Origin: Desulfatiglandales bacterium
GTDB lineage: Bacteria; Desulfobacterota; DSM-4660; Desulfatiglandales; HGW-15
Reading direction: 5' to 3'
Assembly (NCBI GenBank): GCA_963667015.2
Contig: CAXXJJ010000001.1
Location: forward strand, 2,432,001 to 2,496,000
Length of the DNA stretch: 64,000 bases
Of this stretch, positions 48,597-59,638 are shown piece after piece; within the stretch, counting starts at the first letter, position 1, and each line of letters begins with the position of its first letter. Below the pieces are notes generated by a model. It did no database searches. It was not told the origin of the DNA and saw nothing but the letters and a program-made list of their open reading frames with translations. The translations under genes were made by a program, and so were the position numbers.

Positions 48597-51500
48597 CTTC
48601 CGGTAATCCTGACCCTTCCTTAAGAATTCCAACGGTCGTTTTTAAATGCAAAAGAGTTTTCAATTTTTCCCTGGCGGTCTGAAATACGGCCCAGAGAGAA
48701 GGGGTCAGAACTACCCCGAAAATCACGGCAGCAACCATACCTCCGAATACTGTCGTCCCTATATGCCGTCTGCCCACAGCACCTGCACCTGTGGCCAGAA
48801 CCATTGGAAGGACGCCCAGGACAAAGGAGAATGCAGTCATCAGAACCGCTCTGTATCTTATCCTGGAAGCCACACCGGCGGACTCTTCAATTGAGTGTCC
48901 GTATTCTCTCTCGGTTTTGGCAAATTCTACTATAAGGATAGCATTCTTGCTGGCAAGCCCCACCAGAAGAATAAGTCCAAGTTGCGCATAAATACTCAAT
49001 GGTATGCCGGTGATAACGAGTGCAACCATTGCCCCAAGGGCTGCCACAGCAATGGACAGCATGACCGAAACAGGAATAGTCCAGCTTTCATACTGCCCTA
49101 CCAGAAACAGAAAACCGAAAATAAGGGCCATTATAACAAGGATTATCACCTGACCCTCATTTTGTCTTTCCTGGTAACTCATTCCCGACCATTCGTACTG
49201 AAAACCCTCAGGTAATGTTTTTTCCATGATATTGGCCAGCGCGTTCATGCCTTCGCTGGAGCTGAATCCCGTTGCGACATCAGCATTCAACTGGACAGAT
49301 GGATACATGTTATAGCGGGCAATGGACTGTGGCGCCAGGATAGTGGTGACCTCTACAAGTGTGGTTAAAGGGATCATATCCCCTTTATTATTTTTAACAT
49401 ATACATTCAGGATGTCTTCAAGCTTGCTCCGGTACGGGTAATCCGCCTGAACCTTTACCTGATAAATTTTACTGTACAGGTTAAAATCATTTATATAGCG
49501 GGAACCCATAATGGTCTGCAGCGTGGAAAAAATCACGCTGATCGGAACATCAAGCATTTCGGCTCTCTGGCGGTCCACATTGAGGTAGAGCTGAGGTGTA
49601 CTGGCGCGGTAAGTGCTGAAGGCCCGGGCTATGCGCGGGTCCTTATTAGCCGCCGCGGTCAGAAGATCCAGCCCTTCAGCAAGCTCTTCCGGAGACTGCC
49701 CCATTGCGGCCTGCAGCCGGAAATCCATCCCGCTTGTGGAACCCAGTCCGCGTATAGGAGGCGGATTGAATGCCCTGATCTGTGCGCCCGGTATTGTTGC
49801 CGCAACCCTGCCAATACTGGCAATAACCGCATCAATCTGCAGTTCATCGGTCTTCCGCTCATCCCATGGATCCAGCAGGAAAAAGGCCATACCGCTGTTT
49901 CCGCCGCCACCGCCCACCTGGCTGAAACCGACAATTGTCATCATCGTCTTGACACCTGGCAGGTCATGCGCTTTTTGGTAGAATTCCTGCATTACTTCCA
50001 CGGTACGGGGCTGGGTTGCATTCTCCGGGAGTTGAACGTCAACCATAAGCATGCCCTGATCTTCACTGGGAAGAAAACTTGCGGGATGTACTGAAAACAG
50101 ATACAAGGCGGTCGAAGCGACAATCAGCAGTATTCCGACTGCAATCGGTTTACGGCGAACCAGCCACATGGCGCAGAATACATAGATGTTTCGGATGCTA
50201 TCCAATCCCGAATTAAACCATTTGAAAAAAGGGAATTTTGTTTTCTTATGGGGCCGCAAAAGGATGGAACAGAGTGCCGGGCTTAAAGTCAGGGCATTAA
50301 GGGTGGATATGGCTACAGCGGTTGATATGGTTACGGCAAACTGCTGGTATATCCTGCCTATGATTCCAGTGATAAATCCTATGGGAATAAAGATCGCAAG
50401 CAGCACCAGGGTAGTGGCGATAACAGCGCTGGAAACCTGTTTCATCGCTTTCCAGGTTGCCTCTTTGGGCGGAAGATTCTCCGACTCCATGAGTCGCTGC
50501 ACATTTTCCACCACCACAATGGCGTCGTCGACCACAATTCCGATTGCCAGTACCAGGGCGAAGAGAGTCAGGGTATTGATACTGTATCCCAGTAAAAGGA
50601 GAACGGAAAAAGTTCCGATCAGCGATACAGGGATAGAGCAGGCCGGGATCAAGGTAGCCCTCCAGTCCTGAAGGAAGATAAAGACAACCAGTACGACCAG
50701 TACAAAGGTCAGCATCAGGGTTTGAACAATCTCCGAAAGAGCAGTTCGGATAAAAGTAGTCGGATCATAAACAATCGTATAATCCAGGTCTTCCGGGAAA
50801 TACTGAGAAAGCCTTTTAAGTTCGGCAGTCACATTTTTTATAGTTTCAAGGGCATTGGCACCTGGAAGCTGGCTCAATCGCATTGCTATAGCAGGCTGTC
50901 CCTTATAGGATGCACCTGCTGAATAGCTCTCTGCCCCCAGTTCGATCCTTGCAACGTCTTTGAGTTTAAGAATTCCGCCATCCTTATTGGTACGAAGGAT
51001 AATGTTTTCGAATTCTTCGACGCTTTCCATGCGACCTGTCGCCCGTATGCTGAATTGCAGCTGCTGAGAACTGTCCGAGGGCTCAGTTCCGATCGCGCCT
51101 GCGGCTGCCTGGATATTCTGCGTGGCTATTGCAGTGGAAACCCCATCTATACTGATTCCGTAGGCCGCCAGTCTGGCCGGATCTACCCATATCCTCATGC
51201 TGTACTTGCTCGGGCCCATTATACCTACATCGGCTATCCCATCGACCCTGGCAATAACATCCTTAACCTTGTCATCCAGATAGGTGCCGATGGAAAGCTG
51301 GTCATGCGTGCCATTGGGAGAATAAAAGGCGTAGAATCCAAGTATGTCTCCGGACCGTGATGAAACCCGGACCGACTGCTGCCTTACTTCTGCCGGCAGT
51401 TTGTTATAGGCCCGCTGCACACGGTTTTGCACCTTGACCATTGCCATATCAACATCTATCCCTACTTCAAAGGTGATTGACAGGCTGTAACTTCCGTCAC

Positions 51501-51750
51501 TGCAGGTAGAAGACATATAAATCATGCCTTCAACACCGTTGACCACCTCCTCGATAGGGGCGGCTACTGCATCCGATACAACCTGTGCGCTTGCCCCGGG
51601 ATAGGCTGCGCTTACACTTACAGACGGAGGGACCACATCCGGGTACTGAAGGATCGGAAGATTGGTTAAAGCGATAGTTCCTGCCATCAGAATGATAACA
51701 GAAACAACCATTGCCAGGCGCGGACGCTTGATAAAATGTGCGGAAAACAT
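48586..51750 (-). CDS. RND efflux permease (HAE1, AcrB-like)
   Basis: 1054 aa; AIGIVVDDAIVVVEN, SKNAILIVEFA, RYRAVLMT. Confidence 0.95.
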   Translation of the reverse strand: MFSAHFIKRPRLAMVVSVIILMAGTIALTNLPILQYPDVVPPSVSVSAAYPGASAQVVSDAVAAPIEEVVNGVEGMIYMSSTCSDGSYSLSITFEVGIDVDMAMVKVQNRVQRAYNKLPAEVRQQSVRVSSRSGDILGFYAFYSPNGTHDQLSIGTYLDDKVKDVIARVDGIADVGIMGPSKYSMRIWVDPARLAAYGISIDGVSTAIATQNIQAAAGAIGTEPSDSSQQLQFSIRATGRMESVEEFENIILRTNKDGGILKLKDVARIELGAESYSAGASYKGQPAIAMRLSQLPGANALETIKNVTAELKRLSQYFPEDLDYTIVYDPTTFIRTALSEIVQTLMLTFVLVVLVVFIFLQDWRATLIPACSIPVSLIGTFSVLLLLGYSINTLTLFALVLAIGIVVDDAIVVVENVQRLMESENLPPKEATWKAMKQVSSAVIATTLVLLAIFIPIGFITGIIGRIYQQFAVTISTAVAISTLNALTLSPALCSILLRPHKKTKFPFFKWFNSGLDSIRNIYVFCAMWLVRRKPIAVGILLIVASTALYLFSVHPASFLPSEDQGMLMVDVQLPENATQPRTVEVMQEFYQKAHDLPGVKTMMTIVGFSQVGGGGGNSGMAFFLLDPWDERKTDELQIDAVIASIGRVAATIPGAQIRAFNPPPIRGLGSTSGMDFRLQAAMGQSPEELAEGLDLLTAAANKDPRIARAFSTYRASTPQLYLNVDRQRAEMLDVPISVIFSTLQTIMGSRYINDFNLYSKIYQVKVQADYPYRSKLEDILNVYVKNNKGDMIPLTTLVEVTTILAPQSIARYNMYPSVQLNADVATGFSSSEGMNALANIMEKTLPEGFQYEWSGMSYQERQNEGQVIILVIMALIFGFLFLVGQYESWTIPVSVMLSIAVAALGAMVALVITGIPLSIYAQLGLILLVGLASKNAILIVEFAKTEREYGHSIEESAGVASRIRYRAVLMTAFSFVLGVLPMVLATGAGAVGRRHIGTTVFGGMVAAVIFGVVLTPSLWAVFQTAREKLKTLLHLKTTVGILKEGSGLPEDDE

Positions 51751-52956
51751 TTACTTGCTACCATTCGTAGAAACCGTCTTTGCGGTGCCACTCATAATAT
51801 TTACTTTCTGCCCGGGGCGAACCTTCTGTATTCCTTCTACAATAACCGTTTCACCGGGCTCAATACCTTTATCGACAATCCAGTCCGTGCCGGAAACTGT
51901 TCTTTTTATGATTATCCGCATCTCTACGATATCGTCTTTGTTCACCACATATACATAGCTGCCTTCCCTGCCTTCCATAACTGCCGCCTGCGGTACCAGA
52001 GGCAGTTTTTCTCCACTGACCGGAGACAGTATCACTGTTACGTATCCTCCCGGAATCAGGAGCCCATCGGGATTGGCGTACCTGGACCGCAGGGAGATAG
52101 TCCCTGTACCGGCGTCTATAACAGGGTCAGCGAAATCCCATACTCCATCACCCTGATGCAGGCTTCCGTTGGGAAAACGTAATGTTGGCCGGAATATTTT
52201 TTCGGGAGATGAACCTGATCGTTCAAGAAGATTAAGATATTCGACTTCGCTCATGGAGCATACCACCCTTATTGGGTCAGTTTTTATCACAGTGGCAATG
52301 GTCCCCGAACTCGGGCTGATATAATCACCAACGGAATATTGTTTTTTCGTAACGCGCCCTGAAACAGGAGCTCTGACAGTAGCGTAACTGAAATCGATTT
52401 CCGCCAGTTCCAGGTTGGCCTTTGCCGAAACCAGTTGTGCACTATTGAAGTCGACATTTCTCTGTGCCGATTCAATATCCTTTTCCGGAACGCTTCCTGA
52501 TTTTGCGGACTGGAGCCTCTTGAGGTATTTTTCCGCTTCATCCAGGTTGGCTTTTATCTGTAAAACCGTGCCTCTGCGGACGTCAATTTCAGCCTTGAAC
52601 CGGTCTTTTTCAATGGTAAACATCAGGTCGCCTTCCTTAACGTTTCCGCCTTCAACAAAATCGATTGATTCCAGGTACCCGGATACCCTGGCAACAAGTT
52701 CCACGGAATCGACAGCCTCTACACGCCCGATGTATTCTTTAGTGTCTGTAATTTCCTTTGCGGTAATTTTCTGCACCCTTACCTGTGGAGCTTCCGACTG
52801 CATCCTGGCCTGCGGGCTATTATCCGGTGCAGAAACAGTATCTTTTTTTTCTCCCAGAAAAAACCAGAGTGCAATCACAATGGCAACGAGTAAGACGGCA
52901 TAGTTTACTAACCGCTTCATTACTGATGAGCCCAATGCTTCTTTTTTATCAATCAA
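51751..52956 (-). CDS. RND membrane-fusion protein (AcrA-like)
   Basis: ARVSGYL, VRAPVSGRV, VPQAAV, EGIQKVRPG. Confidence 0.92.
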   Translation of the reverse strand: MIDKKEALGSSVMKRLVNYAVLLVAIVIALWFFLGEKKDTVSAPDNSPQARMQSEAPQVRVQKITAKEITDTKEYIGRVEAVDSVELVARVSGYLESIDFVEGGNVKEGDLMFTIEKDRFKAEIDVRRGTVLQIKANLDEAEKYLKRLQSAKSGSVPEKDIESAQRNVDFNSAQLVSAKANLELAEIDFSYATVRAPVSGRVTKKQYSVGDYISPSSGTIATVIKTDPIRVVCSMSEVEYLNLLERSGSSPEKIFRPTLRFPNGSLHQGDGVWDFADPVIDAGTGTISLRSRYANPDGLLIPGGYVTVILSPVSGEKLPLVPQAAVMEGREGSYVYVVNKDDIVEMRIIIKRTVSGTDWIVDKGIEPGETVIVEGIQKVRPGQKVNIMSGTAKTVSTNGSK

Positions 52957-53240
52957 TTTCCTGACTCCTTAACTGATCTGTCCCATGAAAGACAGAATTT
53001 CATTATATCCTATTTAATCCGGCCGTAATACAGTGAAAAAAAAGGTTGAACGGAGGGAAATACGGTGGGATTAAAATGCTGATTTGTTAAAACCTCTAGA
53101 ATTGTAGATTATACCTGTTTTTATATTTATTTTAAACCTAAAAAAATATCTCAAAATTGATAGAGGTTGTCAAGAAACAATAAATCGGGTATCCGCTTTA
53201 ATTATTGATGATAATTGAATAAATATGTTTTCTATTTTAT

Positions 53241-53452
53241 ATAGGTAACGGGCATAATGCCCGGACCAATCTGTACTGGGGAGCTCATCCACTTGCACTT
53301 ACAGCAGGTCTTATGGCACCGGAAGCCTATACACTGGATGCGGCTGTAAAGGCATGGATGATATGAAGGTAAGAAAGGCAGCTGCAGCGAGTTATAACAA
53401 ATATCAAAAGGCCGGACAAAGGGCTGCTGACCGGTTATTTGGCGTGAAATAA
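53241..53452 (+). pseudogene. Relic of a conserved hypothetical protein with internal deletion and frameshift
   Basis: IGNGHNARTNLYWGA|HPLALTAGLMAPEAYTLDAAVKAW, then a shifted frame ..VRKAAAASYNKYQKAGQRAADRLF; stop abuts the next ATG. Confidence 0.6.
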
Positions 53453-54157
53453 ATGAAATCAGATGTATTTAATCAAAAGGCTCAGGATTATGCCCTGTAT
53501 CGGCCTCAATATTCCGGTGAAGCAATTGAGTCATTAATAGATGTTACCGGAATGGACTCTGCCTGGAATGTGGCGGACATAGGTTCCGGTACAGGAAATG
53601 TGTCGCGGCACCTGGTAGAAAGGGTAATTCGGGTATTTGCTGTTGAACCGGAAGAGGCCATGCGCAACCAGGCGGAACTGCTTTTAGGTAAATATCCCTC
53701 CTTTAAAAGTATTGCAGCCACTGCCGAAAGATCTTCTTTACCGGAAAATTCAATTGACCTTATAACCGTGGGGCAGGCCTTCCACTGGTTTGACTGGAAA
53801 TTGGCGCTAAAAGAGTTTTACCGTATCTTAAGACAAGACAGGTGGATTGCCTTATTATGGAATCAGTATGAAACAACACCGGATATGGACATGGATTTTA
53901 TATTTAAACCGGGCACACTATGCAGAAAGAAATTTCCTGTTGTTTTTGAGGAAGGGTGGGATGAATATATTGGAGGTATAAGATCCGCTTCCCGTAACCC
54001 GAGCCCCGGCGATAAAGGATACAGAGATTTTGAGGAAAACCTGAGACAGAGGTTTGATTCAAAGGCCGTGGATGGGCGTATTACAGTCAGGTATGTAACA
54101 GAGTTGGCCGTTGGACGATTAAATTACAGAATAGACAACCAGAGGATAATAAGATGA
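53453..54157 (+). CDS. Class I SAM-dependent methyltransferase
   Basis: YALYRPQY, ADIGSGTG, AVEP, QAFHWFD. Confidence 0.88.
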   Translation: MKSDVFNQKAQDYALYRPQYSGEAIESLIDVTGMDSAWNVADIGSGTGNVSRHLVERVIRVFAVEPEEAMRNQAELLLGKYPSFKSIAATAERSSLPENSIDLITVGQAFHWFDWKLALKEFYRILRQDRWIALLWNQYETTPDMDMDFIFKPGTLCRKKFPVVFEEGWDEYIGGIRSASRNPSPGDKGYRDFEENLRQRFDSKAVDGRITVRYVTELAVGRLNYRIDNQRIIR

Positions 54158-55143
54158 AAAAGATTTCATGGGGAGTGCTCAGTACAGCAAACATTGGAAC
54201 CAATCTGGTGATTCCTGCAATGCAAAAAGGAAAATATTCGCAGGTTTATGCAATATCTTCACGGGATAAGGAAAAAGCATTAAATACTGCTGAGATGTTG
54301 GGCATACCAAAGGCATATGGCTCATATGAAGAAATACTGGAAGATTCTGATATCCAGGCTGTTTATATTCCGCTTCCCAATCACCTGCATGTTGAATGGG
54401 CAGTTAAGGCACTGGAGGCCGGAAAACATGTTTTATGTGAAAAACCAGTAGCACTGGATTCGAAACAGGCTGAATATTTAATTAATAAAAGCAGAGAGTT
54501 TCCCGAACAGAAAGTTATGGAAGCATTCATGTTTCGCTTTCATCCACGCTGGGACACAGTTAAGAGGTTAATCAGGGAAGGAACAATCGGTGAAATAAAA
54601 AATATTCACTCGGTTTTTACCTATTATAATGTCGATCCCTTGAACATTCGTAATCAGGCTGATATTGGCGGTGGCGGGTTAATGGATATCGGCTGCTATT
54701 GTATCTCTTTATCCCGTTTTATATATGAGACTGAACCTGTGCATGTTTCAGGCGTTATGGACTACGATCCTGAAATGAAGATAGACCGGCTCACATCTGC
54801 TGTGATGGATTTTGGAGGCAGGACCGCAACATTTACATGCTCGACACAATCAGTGGATCGCCAGTATGCCGAGATAATAGGAAGCAGAGGGCGAATAGAA
54901 ATAGAAAACCCCTTTGTTCCGTCATCAGTGAGGCCGACAAAGATTATTCATCAAACCGGACCGGATACCAGTGAGATTAATTTTGAAACATGCAATCAAT
55001 ATACAATACAGGGTGATTTATTTTCCCTGGCAATTTTAAACAATTCCAATGTTCCCACTCCCCTTGATGATGGAGTTGCCAATATGAAGGTGATAGATAA
55101 AATCCTGGAGAGTCATAATACCGGAACCGTGATCAAGTTATAG
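54154..55143 (+). CDS. Gfo/Idh/MocA oxidoreductase
   Basis: WGVLSTANIG, GKHVLCEKP, GGGGLMDIGCY. Confidence 0.92.
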   Translation: MKKISWGVLSTANIGTNLVIPAMQKGKYSQVYAISSRDKEKALNTAEMLGIPKAYGSYEEILEDSDIQAVYIPLPNHLHVEWAVKALEAGKHVLCEKPVALDSKQAEYLINKSREFPEQKVMEAFMFRFHPRWDTVKRLIREGTIGEIKNIHSVFTYYNVDPLNIRNQADIGGGGLMDIGCYCISLSRFIYETEPVHVSGVMDYDPEMKIDRLTSAVMDFGGRTATFTCSTQSVDRQYAEIIGSRGRIEIENPFVPSSVRPTKIIHQTGPDTSEINFETCNQYTIQGDLFSLAILNNSNVPTPLDDGVANMKVIDKILESHNTGTVIKL

Positions 55144-55164
55144 TCAGTATATTTTTTATCTGCT

Positions 55165-55324
55165 GATCAATATCAAGGTAGCAGCCTTTAAACCGGGCCG
55201 CAAAACCGGATGCATGTGAAGATTCAACTCCTGCGCTGATTATGGCCTGAACTGTAACCTGATTCATGTATTCCCACCACTGTTTTCCGTTGAAAAAGTC
55301 GCTATGAGGGGTATCAAAGTCATG
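55165..55324 (-). pseudogene. Internal fragment of a probable HAD-family hydrolase
   Basis: Open frame with no start: HDFDTPHSDFFNGKQWWEYMNQVTVQAIISAGVE..AARFKGCYLD. Confidence 0.4.
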
Positions 55325-55332
55325 CCTCTATT

Positions 55333-55875
55333 TTAAAACATCTCTCTTTGAATCATATTGTTAACTTTGCCATCATTTATTGACCCGGGAGACTGCAGTT
55401 CCAGGACAGACGATTCGTGAAATTCTTTAATATTTGAAGCGCCTGCAGTGCGGAATGCCGAAATCAGCTTATTCCTTGATACCGGTAATATTTCATATAT
55501 GGAACCCTTCGACGGTACAAAACCATATATGCCTTCTTCAAAGAAAGAACGTGAATTATTCTGGTACCTGCGACTGTTATGTGCCTTCATGCTTCCTTCC
55601 ATCCAGTATTTCTTTACCTTCTCTCCATTTATCATGAACTCTTTTCCAGGGCTTTCATCCATTCGCGCGAAAAAATTACCCATCATCACACTGTCGGCCC
55701 CCAGGGCAAGGGCAATAGTGATATCAGCCGGGGAGTTGATTCCCCCATCTGCTATAATCGGTATATATGAAGTACTTTCAGCATACGCATCCCGGACAGT
55801 TACTATGTCCATGATCGCTGTTGCAAGCCCCCGTCCGGTTGCCTTTTCTTCCTGAGTAATACAGCCTGATCCTAT
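55333..55875 (-). pseudogene. guaB: IMP dehydrogenase 3' fragment
   Basis: IGSGCITQEEKATGRG catalytic loop, IIADGG, ALGADSVMMG, YWMEGS, EEGI; in-frame stop just upstream; N-terminal two-thirds absent. Confidence 0.85.
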
Positions 55876-57401
55876 TTTACCATCTTTCTATCCAGGCTCC
55901 TGTATTGTATTGCTTCGGCAATATGATCCGCCGTGATATGTTCACTCCCCTCAACATCCGCGATTGTCCTTGCTATCTTGAGAATCCGTGAGTGCGCCCT
56001 TGCGCTTAATCCCAGTTTCTCCATTGCTGTCTCTAGGAGTTTGTCGGATGCACTGTCAATCTCACAGAATTTTCTTATATGTCTTCCGCTCATACCTGCA
56101 TTGTTGTGTATCTTGAGGTTTTTAAAGCGCTCTTTCTGGATCTCCCTGGCCCTGTTAAGGTCTTTTAATATTTCTGCAGACGTCTGCCCCTGTTCCTTTG
56201 CAGAGAGCTCTTTATATTCAACTGCCGGTACATCCATGTGAATGTCTATACGGTCCATTAAAGGTCCCGAAACCTTGGTTCTGTATCTTTGAATCTGCGT
56301 ATATGAGCAGTGACACTCTCTCTTGGTACTCCCGAAATAACCGCACGGACACGGATTCATAGCCGCCACAAGCATAAAATTTGCGGGATAGGTTACTGTT
56401 GAATTTGCCCTTGTTATGGTTACCTGGCCTTCCTCCATGGGCTGTCTTAACACTTCAAGCACATTTTTTTTAAATTCAGGGATTTCATCAAGAAAAAGCA
56501 CTCCATTATGGGCGAGGCTCACTTCTCCGGGTTTTGGGTTTTGTCCTCCTCCAATCAGGCCGGCATCCGAGACCGTATGATGGGGAGCCCTGAACGGCCT
56601 GGTTGTTATAAGTCCTTTTCCCTCCGGCATAAACCCCATAACACTGTAAACCTTTGATGTCTCAAGAGCCTCTTCAAAGGAGAGATCGGGCAGAATAGTA
56701 TGGATACGTTTGGCAAGCATTGTCTTGCCGGCGCCGGGAGGGCCTACCATAATTATATTATGGTTTCCGGCGGCCGCTATTTTCATGGCTCTTTTTACAT
56801 TTTCCTGCCCCCTCACGTCGCTGAAATCAATCTGGCTGTCCGTGTTCTCGAACAGGCCCTTAAAATCGGATTTGAAGGGATCTATATGTTTAACCCCTGA
56901 GAGTATTTCTACAAGTTCCGAGAGTGTGCCAACAGGGAAAACATCCAGGCCTTTGACAACTGCAGCCTCCATGGCGTTTTCAACAGGCAGGAATATTCCG
57001 TCAAGACCCATCTCTTTAACAGCTACTGCAACCGGAAGTATTCCCTTTACAGGGCGTATAAGGCCGTCAAGGGACAGTTCTCCCATTATAAGATATTTCT
57101 TTTCATTATTGACCGGGATAACACCTGTTGCAGTTAAAATGCCGATTGCCATTGGAAGGTCAAAGGCTGATCCCTCTTTTTTTATATCGGCCGGTGCAAG
57201 ATTTACTGTGATCCTGTCCGCAGGAAAGTGATAACCTGAATTTTTAATAGATGTCTTAACCCTTTCTTTGCTTTCACGTACCGCCCCCTCGGGGAGGCCC
57301 ACAGTGGAAAAGGCAGGCAGTCCCTGGGAAATATCTACTTCGACTTCAACTATATAGGCATCAATACCTATTACAGCGCTGCTCAATATCCTGGCTATCA
57401 T
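55872..57401 (-). CDS. comM: ComM/YifB Mg-chelatase-like AAA+ ATPase
   Basis: VGLPEGAVRES, GPPGAGKT, RPFRAPHH, LFLDE, AMNPCPCG. Confidence 0.93.
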   Translation of the reverse strand: MIARILSSAVIGIDAYIVEVEVDISQGLPAFSTVGLPEGAVRESKERVKTSIKNSGYHFPADRITVNLAPADIKKEGSAFDLPMAIGILTATGVIPVNNEKKYLIMGELSLDGLIRPVKGILPVAVAVKEMGLDGIFLPVENAMEAAVVKGLDVFPVGTLSELVEILSGVKHIDPFKSDFKGLFENTDSQIDFSDVRGQENVKRAMKIAAAGNHNIIMVGPPGAGKTMLAKRIHTILPDLSFEEALETSKVYSVMGFMPEGKGLITTRPFRAPHHTVSDAGLIGGGQNPKPGEVSLAHNGVLFLDEIPEFKKNVLEVLRQPMEEGQVTITRANSTVTYPANFMLVAAMNPCPCGYFGSTKRECHCSYTQIQRYRTKVSGPLMDRIDIHMDVPAVEYKELSAKEQGQTSAEILKDLNRAREIQKERFKNLKIHNNAGMSGRHIRKFCEIDSASDKLLETAMEKLGLSARAHSRILKIARTIADVEGSEHITADHIAEAIQYRSLDRKMVK

Positions 57402-57665
57402 AGTGTTCTCCGGTAATGTAAATTCCCTGCAATATGCTGTCCTTAAACAAGGAAACACAAATCGCGTAATACGGGTATAAATTTAAGTCTGTAGTCAGTG
57501 GAAAAATTATGTTAAGTCTGGTTTGGCTCTGCAACAGCAGAAGAAATGCAGCCTCTGTCGAAACAGGGTAAAATTTAAATCGGCTTTACATTTAATATCA
57601 TTGGTGGTAAAAAGTAAAGTTTATTTAATCCTGGCATTAAAAAGTTCACTTTAAAGGAGTATTAC

Positions 57666-57956
57666 ATGGCACGAATAACTGTAGAAGATTGCCTTAATAA
57701 TGTAAATAACAGATTTACCCTTATCCATATGGTAGCAAAAAGAGTCAGACAGCTCAGGAAGGGTGCTGAACCGACAATCGGTTCTAAAAACAGGGATATC
57801 GTTATGTCTCTCAGAGAGATAGCAGCCGGCAATATTAATATACTGACTGAAGAAGAGGCTCTTAAACTCGCTGAAAGCCAGATTGAACTTCTCATTGAAG
57901 AAGGAGACGGAGCCGCTCCCGAAGAAGAAAATGCAGAAGGTGTCAGGACAGAATAA
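57666..57956 (+). CDS. rpoZ: RNA polymerase omega subunit
   Basis: [24 protein letters not shown]. Confidence 0.95.
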   Translation: MARITVEDCLNNVNNRFTLIHMVAKRVRQLRKGAEPTIGSKNRDIVMSLREIAAGNINILTEEEALKLAESQIELLIEEGDGAAPEEENAEGVRTE

Positions 57957-57958
57957 GA

Positions 57959-59053
57959 ATGGATAAAAGAGATTACTATGAGATTCTTAATATTTCCAGG
58001 GACGCTGGAGATGATGAAATTAAGAAGGCTTATAGAAAACTGGCAATGCAGTATCATCCTGACCGGAATCCCGGTGACAAGGAAGCCGAAGAAAATTTCA
58101 AAGAGGCATCCGAAGCCTATGAAGTATTGAGAGACAGAGAGAAGAGACAATTATACGATCAATACGGGCATGAAGGACTCCAGGGTTCAGGTTTCAGCGG
58201 ATTCAGCGGTTTTGATGATATCTTTTCCAGTTTCGGTGATATTTTTGAGGATTTTTTCAGTTTCGGATCAGGCAGCAGGCGGCGCAACAGGCCTGCGCAG
58301 GGCAGCAATCTCAGGTATAATCTGGAGCTGACTCTTGAAGAGGCTTTTTCCGGTAAAGAAGAGTTAATTGAATTCCAGAAATGGGGCTCCTGTAATTCCT
58401 GTGACGGCAGCGGTATAACTCCGGGAAGCGACCCCCAGATGTGCGGAACCTGCGGCGGAAAAGGCCAGGTTATTCGTTCACAGGGTTTTTTTCAGATCAA
58501 GACCTCATGTCCTTCATGTAACGGCTCAGGGCGCATAATTAAAGATCCATGTGCAGACTGCAGCGGAAGAGGCAAGGTTAAGGTTGACCGCAGTATTAAT
58601 TTGAAAATACCGCCAGGTGTTGATACTGGTTCACAGCTGCGGCTCAGGGGTGAAGGCGAAGCCGGAGAACTGGGCGGACCTTCGGGCGATCTGTTTGTTG
58701 TAATGCATGTAAAGGAACACAATCTGTTCAAAAGGGAAGGTAATCATCTTTATTGCGAAATCCCTGTATCTTTTGTTCAGGCAGCCCTTGGCGATACTGT
58801 AACAATTCCTGTGCTGGGAGATGAAGAAACCTATGAAATGGATATTCCCCATGGAACCCAGCCGGGGGATATTATTTCGATTCCTGATAAGGGGATGCCC
58901 GCAATAAACAGCAAGAAGAGGGGACAACTCCTTGTGAAGCTGGATGTAAAAATCCCGAAGAAATTGAGCAAAAAACAGAAGGAAATCCTTGAAGAATTTG
59001 CAAAAACAGAAGGAATCGAAAATAAAAAGAAAAAAAGAAAACTGTTCGGGTAA
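57959..59053 (+). CDS. dnaJ: Chaperone DnaJ
   Basis: J domain HPD, G/F region, four CxxCxGxG. Confidence 0.97.
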   Translation: MDKRDYYEILNISRDAGDDEIKKAYRKLAMQYHPDRNPGDKEAEENFKEASEAYEVLRDREKRQLYDQYGHEGLQGSGFSGFSGFDDIFSSFGDIFEDFFSFGSGSRRRNRPAQGSNLRYNLELTLEEAFSGKEELIEFQKWGSCNSCDGSGITPGSDPQMCGTCGGKGQVIRSQGFFQIKTSCPSCNGSGRIIKDPCADCSGRGKVKVDRSINLKIPPGVDTGSQLRLRGEGEAGELGGPSGDLFVVMHVKEHNLFKREGNHLYCEIPVSFVQAALGDTVTIPVLGDEETYEMDIPHGTQPGDIISIPDKGMPAINSKKRGQLLVKLDVKIPKKLSKKQKEILEEFAKTEGIENKKKKRKLFG

Positions 59054-59188
59054 TAGAACAGGAGCCAGGCCTGCCCGATTCTGTGTCAGAACTGATATAT
59101 ATTAAAAAAATGAATTGATTTTTCAGATAAATGTCTATAATATCTCAAGGTTACACAAAATTAAGAGGACGCAATACAGGTTGACATC

Positions 59189-59551
59189 ATGAAAAAGAAG
59201 CAAATAAATTATTTTAAAAAACTCCTTAGTGAAAGACTTGATGAGCTTTTGAGTGAAGCCAACAGGACAGTATCCGGGATGAGCGATCTTAATGAGAACA
59301 TGCCCGATCCGGCTGACCGAGCTACACTTGAATCCGATCGGAATTTTGAACTGAGAATCCGTGACAGAGAAAGAAAGCTCATAAACAAGATAAAAGAGGC
59401 ACTGGAACGCATAGAAGACGGTACCTATGGAATATGCGAGTCCTGCGAAGAGGATATTTCCGAAGAAAGATTAAAAGCAAGGCCTGTAACCACATTGTGT
59501 ATTGATTGCAAAACAAAACAGGAAGATGAGGAAAGATTAAAGGGTATATAA
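59189..59551 (+). CDS. dksA: RNA polymerase-binding protein DksA
   Basis: DPADRA coiled-coil tip, CESC..CIDC zinc finger. Confidence 0.95.
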   Translation: MKKKQINYFKKLLSERLDELLSEANRTVSGMSDLNENMPDPADRATLESDRNFELRIRDRERKLINKIKEALERIEDGTYGICESCEEDISEERLKARPVTTLCIDCKTKQEDEERLKGI

Positions 59552-59585
59552 TTACAAAGCTTCCTTCAATTTCTAATACCAATAC

Positions 59586-59618
59586 AGCCGGAGCGGATAT
59601 TAATGCCCGGCTTTTTTA
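59586..59618 (+). terminator. Probable intrinsic terminator
   Basis: agccgg..ccggct followed by a T-run. Confidence 0.6.
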
Positions 59619-59638
59619 TTCACTTTGCCAGAGGAAGA

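Noticed and set aside
57662..58150. Antisense ORF over rpoZ/dnaJ, and the many similar short antisense ORFs
   Set aside because: Shadow ORFs opposite well-supported genes, with no motifs.
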